Source: Macrostomum lignano
Taxonomy: Eukaryota
Direction of reading: 5' to 3'
DNA: 64,000 nt
Assembly: GCA_002269645.1 (NCBI GenBank)
Contig: NIVC01000927.1
Coordinates: 1-64,000 of the forward strand
The number at the start of each line of letters is the position of its first letter. The stretch's first letter is position 1. This document shows, piece after piece, positions 13,031 through 24,607 of this stretch. The position numbers were made by a program, and so were the translations under genes. The notes below the pieces were generated by a model, which saw nothing but the letters and a program-made list of their open reading frames with translations, was not told the origin of the DNA and did no database searches.

Positions 13031-15384
13031 ACAGTTAAACAAACTGAATCAGATACATTAGCAGTGTAACAAATCTGCTTTTCAGTTGTTTATTCATTTA
13101 CTGTCTTTTTTAATTCCCTATATTTAAATCGTTGTTATTTGTTAAACATAAAGTTCTTTCGAAGTATTGTTTATGTTCGTTTTTCACGCTTTGAAATATC
13201 ACGCACTTTCAAAAATACTACATCTTTTTTTTACAAACTTGCTTACCAAAGTAATCTCGCAATTAAAGCTATATCTCGTAATTTGTACTCATTTTTGTAT
13301 TAACATTTATACTCATTGTTAGTTGTTAGTCGTCACTTTTCGTCCAAAAATACCGTAAAAATTCTGGCGCGCTTTCAAATACTTTATCTTTTACAATAAC
13401 TCGGCAAATCGTCGTCAAATCGTCTTTATAAACTTCTATTTCGAAAATTTTTCCAAATACATAGCTCTATAATATATTGGCCAAACAGGCTAATTGCCTG
13501 AGCCAAATTCTCTTACTACTACTACTGTTAGAGAATGTTACGAGTTTCTACTTTTTATTTTATTTTTTTTGAATTTTTACTATTGTGCCTTATTTAGTTT
13601 TTACTTCTTATTCTTTTTTTCTTCGTGATCTTAGCAAGTAGGATTATCTTTTGCAAAATCCAATATCTCAAGCGCACTTTTGCATATATTAAGAATTAGC
13701 AATTTTGTCTGAAATTCTGCGACGCATTTTTCTGGATTTTTTGAAGCAAAATTGCATTTTTTTGCGCAATCGCATAACGCGTTGTGATTTTTCTGCAAGA
13801 ATTCCATCCAGGGAAAATTGCATTTTACTCAGCTTTTACTGAAGCAATTTGGAAAATTCTTTTTTTTCCTGTATATACGCTGCAATGATACATATTTAAG
13901 TATAATTTCATTGTTCTTTGTCACCTCATAAGCCTATAGGAAGCATTTGATTTGGATGCCAGGTTCATATTTTGTGGTACCATTTCTTACCAAATAAGTC
14001 TTAATATAGGAATATTATATACACTAATATTAGTTGATAAAATTTAAATGAAAGAAAACAACTTAAAGATTTTTTTGTAACAAGGAATTAGCAGTATGTT
14101 TACTTTTAGAGAAAGATGTTTGCTGGCAAACTTTGCACTTTAGATTAGTATGAATTTTTGCGAGTTTATATGGTTTTAGAAAAACTTAAAAATCCTTGGA
14201 AACCTTTATCTTTTTGAATAAAATAAAAAGTAAAACATAGAATACTTTCTGTTTTATAAGTAGTAAAAAAATAGCCTTCTCTAACAATGTAAAGCATAAA
14301 AACAATATTTTTTATATAGAACTATTTTTAAAGACTTTATCTATCTTTCAAAAAGCTTTTCTAGATATATTACCTTCCATCAAATGTCCTCAGATTTGTT
14401 TTACCATTTTATCCCACATTTTTAGATTCTGCCATGTATATTTAGGAAGATAGCCTTTGCCATAAAAAAATTGCATATATAAATGGCCCTTAATGCATTT
14501 GGTATACTTGGTATACTAAGGCCCTTAGGCCCTTAAAGTGCACAACTTTTTGGCAAATTAATTATAAAACATGCTGTTAGTTTATGTATATATATATATA
14601 TTATTTTATAGTTTTTTAAGGTTATTATTTAAACTTATAAGAAGCAATGTATAAATAGATACAAAAAGTGCATAATCGTCTAAAAACTTATGAATAATTC
14701 TAATATACACTGTACTATTTTCCTTCTATGAAATTTTGCCAAATCATTTGTTAATAGCAAAAATTCATCAAAAGTTATTTTTAGGATTATAGATGTATAT
14801 GAAAAAGAATGAATGTATATATATATATATATATTTATTCAAATTCATATTGCTTTAATATTTTTTCTAGAAATACCATTTTTCTATGCATCTTTAGCAA
14901 TAGTATGTTTTTTACCTATAAGCAGTATTCTAGATGCATTATAAATTGATTTAATATATAATGATAAAAAATTTCTGAAATTGTTGCTTTGTTGTATTAT
15001 TTTTCTTGAATTAGCATTTATCCATATAACTTTTAGAACAAAATGTTTTACTAATAATGTTTGGTCTATATAGTATATCCTAGATTTTGAGCAATAGGTG
15101 CTTTTGCAAATAGTAAACAAGAAACAAGACAATGTTGCCTAATAATAAAAAAATTATGTTGAATCCAAATTAAGGCTAAGCTCTTTTTAGTTTCAAGCTT
15201 TTAGACTTATTATACATTATATATTGTATATAGTATATGGGTTAACAAACTCTGGCCTGCAAGCTGCATGCATATAGCCTATAACTATAAGGCCTTTCTA
15301 TCTGGCCCTTAGGTCCTTTGAAACTTTATAATAGCAATCCAGCCTACTCAATGTTTATAACTCTTCTCAGTGATCTTTGCTCTA

Positions 15385-15675
15385 ATCTCCTCTCTAATTT
15401 CTTCCTCTCTCCTCTCCTCTTCTCTCTTCTCTCTTTTCTCTTTCTTTTCTTCTCCTCCCCTTTCTCCTTTCTCCTCCTCTCTGCTCCTCTCTATCTCCTC
15501 TTCTCTCTTCTCATCAATCTTCTCCTCTCGTGTCTTCTCTCTCCTTTTATCTCTTCCTCCTTACTCCTCTTTTCTCTCCTTTTCTCTCCTCTTCTCTCCA
15601 CTCCTGTCTTTTTTTCGCCTCTCCTTTCTCCTATCTCCCTTCTCTACTCTTTGTTTCCTCTCTCCTTTCCTCCGG
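15385..15675 (+). repeat. Pyrimidine-rich (CT/TC) low-complexity tract
   Basis: Almost pure C/T sequence; source of the spurious S/L/F/P-rich ORFs at 15318-15718. Confidence 0.85.
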
Positions 15676-15864
15676 CCTGCAGTCATTCTCTAGGTTCTCC
15701 ATCTGGCCCTTGAATTAAAAAAGCTTGCCGATCCCTGATATAGTATAATTTCATATATATGCTCATATATATATTGTGTACATATAGAATGTATTGGATA
15801 TATTCATCTAAATAGGAAAGCTGACCGATTCCCTCCCCAAATTATTTTGTTTTTCATTCCGCAG

Positions 15865-18800
15865 TCATTCGCCCTGTCAAAGCTGAACACCTTGGTCGAT
15901 GTATTCTGGCCAGAGATATCCGACTCTGTTAGCAAGATTGAAATGCTACACGAGGATCGCAACTTTCCCCAGAGTAAACTGGCCGCCCTTGTAGCCTCCA
16001 AGGTATATTATCACCTGGGCGCCTACGACGAGAGCCTGTTCTTTGCTCTGCACGCTGACGAACTATTCGACATTGACGACTCGGCCGAGTACGTAGAGAC
16101 AATCGTGTGCAAGTGCATCGATCGGTATATTAAAAATCGAGTGGCACAAATCGACGAAGAAGTTACAGAGCTGGATGAGCGCGACGAACAGATCCGAGCT
16201 AAACTGGAGGGCGTCATCAATCGAATGTTTGAGCGCTGCTTTGAGCACCGCCAATTTAAGCACGCCGTTGGCATTGCCATCGATATGCGCCGTCTGGACA
16301 TTTTGGAACGATGCGTCCAACTCACTTCTAACAAGGACGAATTGCTCAACTATTCCTATAGACTGACCGTTCAAGTGGTGCAAAACAGGAAATTCCGGCA
16401 GCAGTTGTTGCAGACTCTGGTTCGACTATACCGCCAACTGCAGCAGCCCGACTTTGTCAGCATGTCGCAGTGCTTAATCTTGCTAGACGATCCGCCGCAC
16501 ACCGCTGAAATACTCGAACGTCTGGTCTCGCGCTCCGAAGACGAAGCCCTCACCGCGTTCCAGATCGCCTTCGATTTGTACGAGAATGCCAGCCAGCAGT
16601 TTATGCAGCGGGTGCACACCGCCTTGGCTGCGTCTCCTCTGGCCAGGCGGCCTGCTGGTGACGATGCCGCAGCTGCTCCTGCCGCCGCCGCTCCGTCGGC
16701 CTCGGAAGCCGACGCTGATGCCGACGTTGACACGGCCGCGGCCGCTCCTGATGCAGCGTCGACTGCGCCGAAAACTCCGCCGCCGCAGGCTGAAGAAATG
16801 ATGACAACCGATTCGTCTGAAGTTGACGAGGCTGCTAAAGAGAGATTCGCCAGATTGTTGACTATTCTATCGGGAGAGAAGGTAGGAGCTGGAGGGTTCT
16901 GTGTTCTTTAATTCTTAACTAAAGGGGTGTAAAAAGCTTAACTTAAAGTTTAATTTCTCCTTATAGTTTGCTGTTACACTACTTAGCTTAAGGGAAACAT
17001 CAGTAGTTAGATTAGTTGAGGCGTTTGCTGGATTTTCTGTTAAAATATCGGATAGTTTGGCTCTTTACTTCCTAGAAGAGTCGAAGAGTAGAACTAGGTC
17101 TGTTGGCCATCTGGGACTCTTGAGCAGCAAATGACCAAATGTGGTCTGGCCCTTGTTAAGTACTTGTAGTATACACAAGACTGAACATAGTCAATAGGAC
17201 TTCGTTGAAGCTGCCAAACACCTAGCTGGCAAATGTTGGCTGGCAAACGTCTAGTTGGCAAATGCTGGCTGGCACTGACAGACAGTCCACCAGTAAATTC
17301 AAGATATTAGATGTCTGACTTTCAAATGTCAGCGGGCTAACTTTGTAGACTTGAGTTTGTTTCATTGTCAGTATTTGTTACTTGGATAACTTTGCAGGTA
17401 ATCCAACTGCACCTGCAATTTCTAATCCGTAATAACCGAGCCGATGCGCGCTACCTAGACCGGCTGCGCGAATCTGTGCGCAATTCCATCACTCACTCGG
17501 CCACAGTGACCGCTAACGGCTTCATGCACGCCGGCACCACTAGCGATCAGTTTCTGCGCGACAATCTGGAGTGGCTTGGCCGGGCAACTAACTGGGCTAA
17601 GTTTGCCGCCACGGCCAGCCTAGGCTGTATCCATCGGGGCCACGAGACCGAGTCGCTTCGCCTGATGGCCGCCTATCTGCCTAGGAATAGCGCCGGAACC
17701 ACGGCCTATTCGGAGGGTGGCGGCCTGTACGCACTGGGCCTGATCCACGCCAATCACGGCTCGGCTGTGACCGATTATCTTCTGCAGCAGCTGTCCGGAG
17801 CCACCGCTGAACCGGTCAGGCACGGCGCCTGTCTGGGCCTGGGCCTCGCCGCTATGGGCACGGCTAGGCAGGATGTTTACGAGGCTATTAAGCTGAGCCT
17901 ATACCAGGACGATGCTATTGTTGGCGAAGCGGCCGGCTTAGCTATGGGCCTAGTAATGCTGGGCTCGAGCAGCTCGGCCGCCGTTAAAGACATGGTTTCC
18001 TACGCTAAGGAGACTCAGCACGATAAAATTATCCGAGGCCTGGCTGTTGGCGTAGCTCTGACTATGTACGGCCGGCTGGAGGAGGCCGACCTGCTGGCCC
18101 AGAGCCTGCTAGAGGATAAAGATCCCATACTGCGATGGAGCGGCGTGTACACTGTTGCTATGGCCTACTGCGGCTCGGGCTCGAATTCTGCTGTCCGGCG
18201 CCTGTTGCACTACGCTGTCACTGATACTAGCGACGATGTTCGCCGGGCCGCCGTGCTTAGCATCGGCTTTGTGCTGTTTAAATCGCCCGAACAGGTCAGT
18301 CAATAGACAGTTTTGTGTATCTGAACTCTTAAAGACCGGTTCTTCCTATTTTGTGAGAAATCAGAAACCCCCAGACCAAGTTAGCGCCCTAAACCCCTTG
18401 GCCCATTCGGCATCCTAGACCACACTGGCCGATTCGCCGCCCTAGAACTTTCAAGCCAATTTGGCGCCCTAGAACCCAATAAGCCAATTCGTCGCCCTAG
18501 ATCCTAACAGGCTAATTCGGCGCCCTAGATCCCATTCGAACAGGCCAATTTGGCGCCCTAGATCCCATTCGAACAGGCCAATTTGGCGCCCTAGATCCCA
18601 TTCAAACAGGCTAATTCGGCGCTCTAGATCCCATTCAAACAGGCCAATTCGGCGTCCTAGAGTCCTTAGATCAACTCGGCGCCCTAGATCCCAACAGGCT
18701 AATTCGGCGCCCTAGATCCCATTCAAACAGGCCAATTCGGCGCCCTAGATCCCATTCAAACAGGCCAATTCGGCGCCCTAGATCCAATTCAAACAGGCCA

Positions 18801-21733
18801 ATTCGGCGCCCTAGATCCAATTCAAACAGGCCAATTCGGCGCCCTAGATCCCATTCAAACAGGCCAATTCGGCGCCCTAGATCCAATTCAAACAGGCCAA
18901 TTCGGCGCCTTAGATCTCATTCAAACAGGCCAATTTGGCGTCCTAGAGTCCTTAGATCAACTCGGCGCCCTAGCCATAGGCAGACGGATGGCCGTTTTCG
19001 TCCACTCTGTCTACCTCCAAGCTAGACGGCATAAAATCAATCTCTATGGGCCAGATTTGTTGGATTCTTTACCACAGCCGTTCCCGACCGACGACTAGAG
19101 GCCAAAAACGGCCATATAGATATTATGTATAAATGAATTAAATTAGCGAACAGACACTAAATTTAAGCGAGACTATAGGCGGGAACGGTGGTAGCAGCAA
19201 CATTTATGATCGTAAATTTGAAAACTGTCTATGGCTGTTTTCGAACTATCCGTCGGGAATGGTTATAAGCACCTAAAACTGCAGTCAAATAGAGAGAGGC
19301 TAGATCCCAACAGGCTAATTCGGCGCGCTAGATCCCATTCAAACAGGCCAATTCGGCGCCCTAGATCCCATTCAAACAAGCCAATTTGGCGTCCTAGACC
19401 CCTTAGATCAACTCGGCGCCCTAGATCCCAACAGGCTAATTCGGCGCGCTAGATCCCATTCAAAAAGGCCAATTCGGCGCCCTAGATCCCATTCAAACAG
19501 GCCAATTCAGCGCCCTAAATCCCAATCAAACAGGCCAATTCGGCGCCCTAGATCCCATTCAAACAGGCCAATTCGGCGCCCTAAATCCCAATCAAACAGG
19601 CCAATCGGCGCCCTAGACCCCTAGACCAATTCAGCGCCTTAGATCCCATCCCAACAGGTTATTTTGGTGCCCTAGATCCCAACAGGCCGATTTGGCGCCC
19701 TAGAAGCCACAATAGAAGTAGGCGCTTAAGAAAAACACAGAGGCCGATGTGGCGCTAAGAAGTCTATTTAAACCCTTAGATTTTCAATATTAACATATAT
19801 TTAGCATTGTCCGACTCATTCTACTATGAGTAGCCTAGTTTAGATATTAATGCCTCACTCTCCCCACTCAGGTGCCGGACCTCGTGTCCCTCCTAGCCGA
19901 ATCATTCAACCCGCACGTTCGCTACGGCGCCGCCATGGCTCTGGGCATCGCTTGCGCCGGCACCGCGCTCAAGGAGGCTATCAACATCCTTGATCCCATG
20001 ACGCAGGACGCTGTGCACTTTGTCCGCCAAGGCGCACTAATCGCGCTGGGCATGGTGCTAATCCAACAGAACGGTGTCAACTGTCCGAAGGCTGGCGAAT
20101 TTCGCGAACTCTGCCTAAAAGTAGTGGCCGACAAGCACGAAGACGTGATGGCTAAGCATGGCGCCATTCTCGGCCTTGGCATTGTTGATGCCGGAGGTCG
20201 CAATGTCACCATCAGCCTGCAGACCCGGACTGGCCAGTCTAACATGGCCGCCGCTGTTGGCGTCCTGGTGTTCCAGCAATTCTGGTACTGGTATCCTTTG
20301 ACGCACTTCCTCTGTCTGGCCTTCACGCCTACCAGTCTGATTGGGCTGAATAAGGCATTGGAAATGCCGCAGGTTCAGTTCCGCTCCAATGCTAAGCCCA
20401 GCACATTTGATTATCCGCCGCCTCTGGGTCAGTTTTTGAACTACTTATTAATTTTAAGATAAAAGTTACGCGTATTTTAGATTCGGTTTTAAGGGTCTTG
20501 GGTTCAGGGATTTCAGGTGTGTGTTGAGTTCAGGGATTGGTTTACAGGTGTGTGTTGAGTTCAGGGATTGGTTTACAGGTGTGTGTTGAGTTCAGGGATT
20601 GGTTTACAGGTGTGTGTTGAGTTCAGGGATTGGTTTACAGGTGTGTGTTGAGTTCAGGGATTGGTTTACAGGTGTGTGTTGAGTTCAGGGATTGGTTTAC
20701 AGGTGTGTGTTGAGTTCAGGGATTGGTTTACAGGTGTGTGTTGAGTTCAGGGATTGGTTTACAGGTGTGTGTTGAGTTCAGGGATTGGTTTACAGGTGTG
20801 TGTTGAGTTCAGGGATTGGTTTACAGGTGTGTGTTGAGTTCAGGGATTGGTTTATTACAGGTGTGTGTTGAGTTCAGGGATTGGTTTACAGGTGTGTGTT
20901 GAGTTCAGGGATTGGTTTACAGGTGTGTGTTGAGTTCAGGGATGGGTTTACAGGTGTGTGTTGAGTTCAGGGATTGGTTTACAGGTGTGTGTTGAGTTCA
21001 GGGATGGGTTTACAGGTAGTGAATGCGGTGGGTCACAGTTTAAAAACGTATCGCGCAATTCCCTTTGCCATATTCAGTGACCCAGGTGGAGAAGAAGAAA
21101 GAAAAAGTCGAGACCGCCGTGCTCAGCATCACGGCCAAGCAGAAGCGCAAGGAGCAGGAGAAAAAGAAAACAGCGGCAGCTACGGCTCATCAGAATCAGC
21201 CGGGCGGCTCCACAACTGCGGCTGCTGCGACTGCAACTTCGGCTTCTGGCCCCGCCGCCGCTCCAGTTCCGTCAATCCCGGAGGGCAAGGAGACTCCAGC
21301 CGGTAGCGAGACTTCCAGTGCCACCACAGCCGCTGCCGCCCCCGCCGCCGCCGCCTCAACTGAGACGTCAACAAAGGAGCCGGCGCCGGCTTCGAAGAGC
21401 CAGGGTACCCTGACTGATAAGCCCGCCACAGTTTCTACTGGCACCTCAACGGACAAGCCCGGGCCCGAGCCAAACTTTAGCCTGCTGTCCAATCCATGCC
21501 GGGTTATGCGAGCCCAGCAGCGTCTCGTGACGCTTGAAGGCGGCCGCTACCAGCCGGTGAAGAGCGTCACCATTGGCGGCATTATAATGCTGCGCGACCG
21601 TCGGCCAGACGAGAAGGAGTCCCTGGTGCCAACCGTGAAGGCGCACGGCCCAACTTCGGCGAACTCAAAAGAGGACGACCTGCCGGAGCCGCCGCCGCCG
21701 GAGCCGTTCCAGTGGAGCGATGATATGCTCTGA
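15865..21733 (+). CDS. PSMD1: 26S proteasome non-ATPase regulatory subunit 1 (Rpn2), 5'-partial
   Basis: Exons 15865-16881, 17398-18294, 19872-20427, 21078-21733; all GT-AG and phase-consistent (3126 nt). Motifs [49 protein letters not shown] repeats ([10 protein letters not shown]), [33 protein letters not shown]. The ~20 N-terminal codons were not found. Confidence 0.95.
18385..19715. repeat. 33-bp minisatellite within the PSMD1 intron 18295-19871
   Basis: Unit CGGCGCCCTAGATCCCATTCAAACAGGCCAATT with degenerate edges; interrupted at ~18972-19300. Confidence 0.9.
18972..19236. mobile_element. MITE-like insertion inside the 33-bp array
   Basis: 12-bp terminal inverted repeat AGCCATAG(G/A)CAG at 18972-18983 and 19225-19236 (1 mismatch); no clear TSD. 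Confidence 0.45.
20500..21016. repeat. 31-bp minisatellite filling the PSMD1 intron 20428-21077
   Basis: Unit ACAGGTGTGTGTTGAGTTCAGGGATTGGTTT, ~16 almost perfect copies. Confidence 0.95.
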
Positions 21734-22494
21734 ATTTGAAGGGGATCAACAGCCTGACTTAGATCCCAAGGGAGATTAACAATTGAAATGGCCCCACCTC
21801 CTCGCCCATCAAATTTTTGTATGCCGTTTCCGTAGCAACTTTTTAGCTTATAAAATTTCAAACCCGAACTTCTATTCGACTAATGTAGCTGACTCAGACT
21901 GCTTAGAACCAGACAGGATCAGAAATGCATCAACAACTCTTGTGCTGCTTAATTTGTTTTAATCTATGCGCCTGGCCGCACATGAAATATCCGGTTTCTT
22001 CTTTCCTTCGGTCGTCTTCTAGCTGTTGCTGCTCTGCTGCTTTCACTGTTGCCGCCGCCGTCGCTCACCACCTCCTCCTCCGCCGATTGATCGAAAAAAG
22101 ACACAAGTTGCAACTGTCTGTTTGTTTTCTTTGGCAGCCGAAAATTGAAATAAAACACAGCAGTTTCCTTGCTCTGATGTGCTATATAACTATTTATTAA
22201 CTAAGCTAAATATATCCCCTGCCACTCTCAACTATGTATGTATGTATTTCCGTTTCAATAACGCTAATGCTCTACTCATAGTAGCTATATAAAGCGAAGA
22301 AGAACAGCAAAATGAATATATTAAACTATCGTACAAAATAATAAACCAGAACCCAATGCTGAAGTAATGCCACATATATACCAGTTATATATGTGTGTGC
22401 TTTTCTTATCTAACACCACCGATGATAGTAAAGTCGTTTGTTATGTTTGCATCTAATCATTTGAAGATTTTATGTCTTTATTAATGTTAATATT

Positions 22495-22850
22495 CGTTAT
22501 TTATCTAAGATCCCAGGATCCCTGAGCACTCTAATTAATAACTTGTGCATCTGGCCGCAGACACTAAAACCCTCATAGTTTACTCGAGTTGCGATAATAA
22601 TATAATAATAATTGACTACAACCGACAGCTCAGCCGCAGCTATTATACGGTTGTTCAGTCCAAAGTCTGGGGGGGGGTCGCCACACACCCTCAATTGCCC
22701 CAGCTAATGTTGACACTCTTTTTACAGCTGGTTGAACTGGAAGCAATGCAGAGTTAAGTGTCTTGCTCAAGGACACAAATTGTTCCGAGTGGGTCGAGAA
22801 TCGAACCCCAGACCTTTCAGTCATCAGTCCGACCCTCTAATCACAAGGCA
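22495..22850 (-). mobile_element. tRNA-derived SINE with CORE-like central domain (5' end eroded)
   Basis: Minus strand: B box GGTTCGATTC, then TCCTTGAGCAAGACACTTAACTCTGCATTGCTTCCAGTTCAACCAGCTGTAAAA (CORE-like), shared 3' part and (ATT)n; homologous to copies at 27547, 34745 and 48765. Confidence 0.75.
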
Positions 22851-23329
22851 AAATATGCGCTAAAGTTTTTTTGCTTGCATTTTTGATTGTTATAGAGTTA
22901 ATTATCTATTTGGAGATGAAAAACAGCATTATCTAGTGACGTATTTAAGTAAGTAGTATAAAAGTACTAATTAATAGTAAAGAAGCAAATCATATATCAA
23001 AATTTAAATTAGAATAAACCCGGGATTGCAATCCCTACAATAGCATCCTGGCCTGATTAGTACTTCTTCTCAGCTCTCCTCTCTCCTCCCCTCCCCTCTC
23101 ATCTTCATTTTCATTTTCTCCCATACCTCATCTCTGTGCCTAAACTTTATAATATATAATATATAATAGTAAGCAAAACAACTGTCTATGCATGTAAAGC
23201 TCACTGGCGTTATGGGCATGGCAATCTACGAAAATTGACTGCCGCAATTTTTCTCTGACGGCCGACCTTAAACAAAACACACCATAACTCAATATGTGAT
23301 ATGAATTGTCCAAATCTAAACCTAAATAG

Positions 23330-23770
23330 TCGACAGTCAAATTGCCGGCAGTAAAATGTCACTGACAGTCAAATGTCACTGGCAGTCAACAAATATCACA
23401 GGCAGACAAATATTACTGCCAATCACATTTCACAGACAGTCACGTGTCACTGGCAGTCAAATGTCACTGGTCACTGACAGTCAAATGTCACTGGCAGTCA
23501 AGTGTCACTGACAGTCAAATGTCACTGGCAGTCAAGTGTCACTGACAGTCAGGTGTCACTGGCAGTCAAATGTCACTGGTCACTGACAGTCAAATGTCAC
23601 TGACAGTCAAATGTCACTGGCAGTCAAGTGTCACTGATAGTCAGGTGTCACTGGCAGTCAAGTGTCACTGACAGTCAGGTGTCACTGACAGTCAAATATC
23701 ACTGTCAATGAAATGTTACTGCCACTCAAATGTCACTGGCAGTCTAATGTCATCTGACAGTCAAATGACG
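23330..23770. repeat. 17-bp minisatellite
   Basis: Unit GTCACTG(A/G)CAGTCA(A/G)(A/G)T with degenerate flanks. Confidence 0.85.
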
Positions 23771-24207
23771 CCATCTCAAAGCAAAACTATAAGCTAGCGA
23801 TTTCTCATCGTCTTCAAAAACGTAAATTCCTGTATTAACCCGGCCTGTATTAGAGTCAGAATATAATACAGTAATTATCATAAGGAAATAGCTTATCTTT
23901 GAGGCGGATGAGTGATGACAATTTCAAGTTTGCTTAAAATGCACGGCAATGCTTTAACTATTGTTTCGATTTTGCACCATACAATTCAATTTGAAGTGTT
24001 ACTGTGCTTCACTTTATTTCATCAGATCTTTGCAAATATTCAGAAGTTCTGTGAATCTGTACTGTCTGTCTACTGAGTCTGGCGGAAGTGAATTGTGACA
24101 GTCAAATGGATTTTCTAAGTTCCCATTTCAATATTGCCAAATATTTTGCTAATTACAGATCTGATTGAAAAGCAAAGCACAGATTAAAAGAATGTTTAGA
24201 TGCCGAA

Positions 24208-24447
24208 TTTCTCGAATCTTCTGCAAGCCAGAAAACCTCCAAAATAGAAAGAAAATTCTAGAACAGAGTCATCACACATTCTTCTAGAATTTTCTGCGGC
24301 CTTCCCCGCTAGGGTTAGAATGTACAGTTCCACAGCGCACGATAGGGCATTGGGTTCTAAAAATAGCTCTCGCGCGAGGGAATCCCCGAGAACTGAAATC
24401 CAGAACATTCTAGAAAAGTAGGGGAATCCATTCTGGCGTCTATAAAA
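24208..24447 (+). promoter_or_regulatory. HSP90 promoter: four 3-unit heat-shock elements and TATA box
   Basis: nGAAn/nTTCn arrays at 24208-24222 (tTTCtcGAAtcTTCt), 24250-24264 (aGAAaaTTCtaGAAc), 24281-24295 (cTTCtaGAAttTTCt) and 24402-24416 (aGAAcaTTCtaGAAa); TATAAAA at 24441-24447. Confidence 0.88.
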
Positions 24448-24607
24448 CAAACCCGCGCGAGGCGGCAGTTTTCCAAGCTTTGCTAAAGCAATACAAGCTC
24501 CTTTACAAGCTTGACGCCTAGCAACAAGCAGACTTTTTCTGCTATTCTCGCATCGCTTCCGTCTCGCATCGCTATCACAGCACAGCCGCAAATCCTGCAA
24601 GCCAAGA

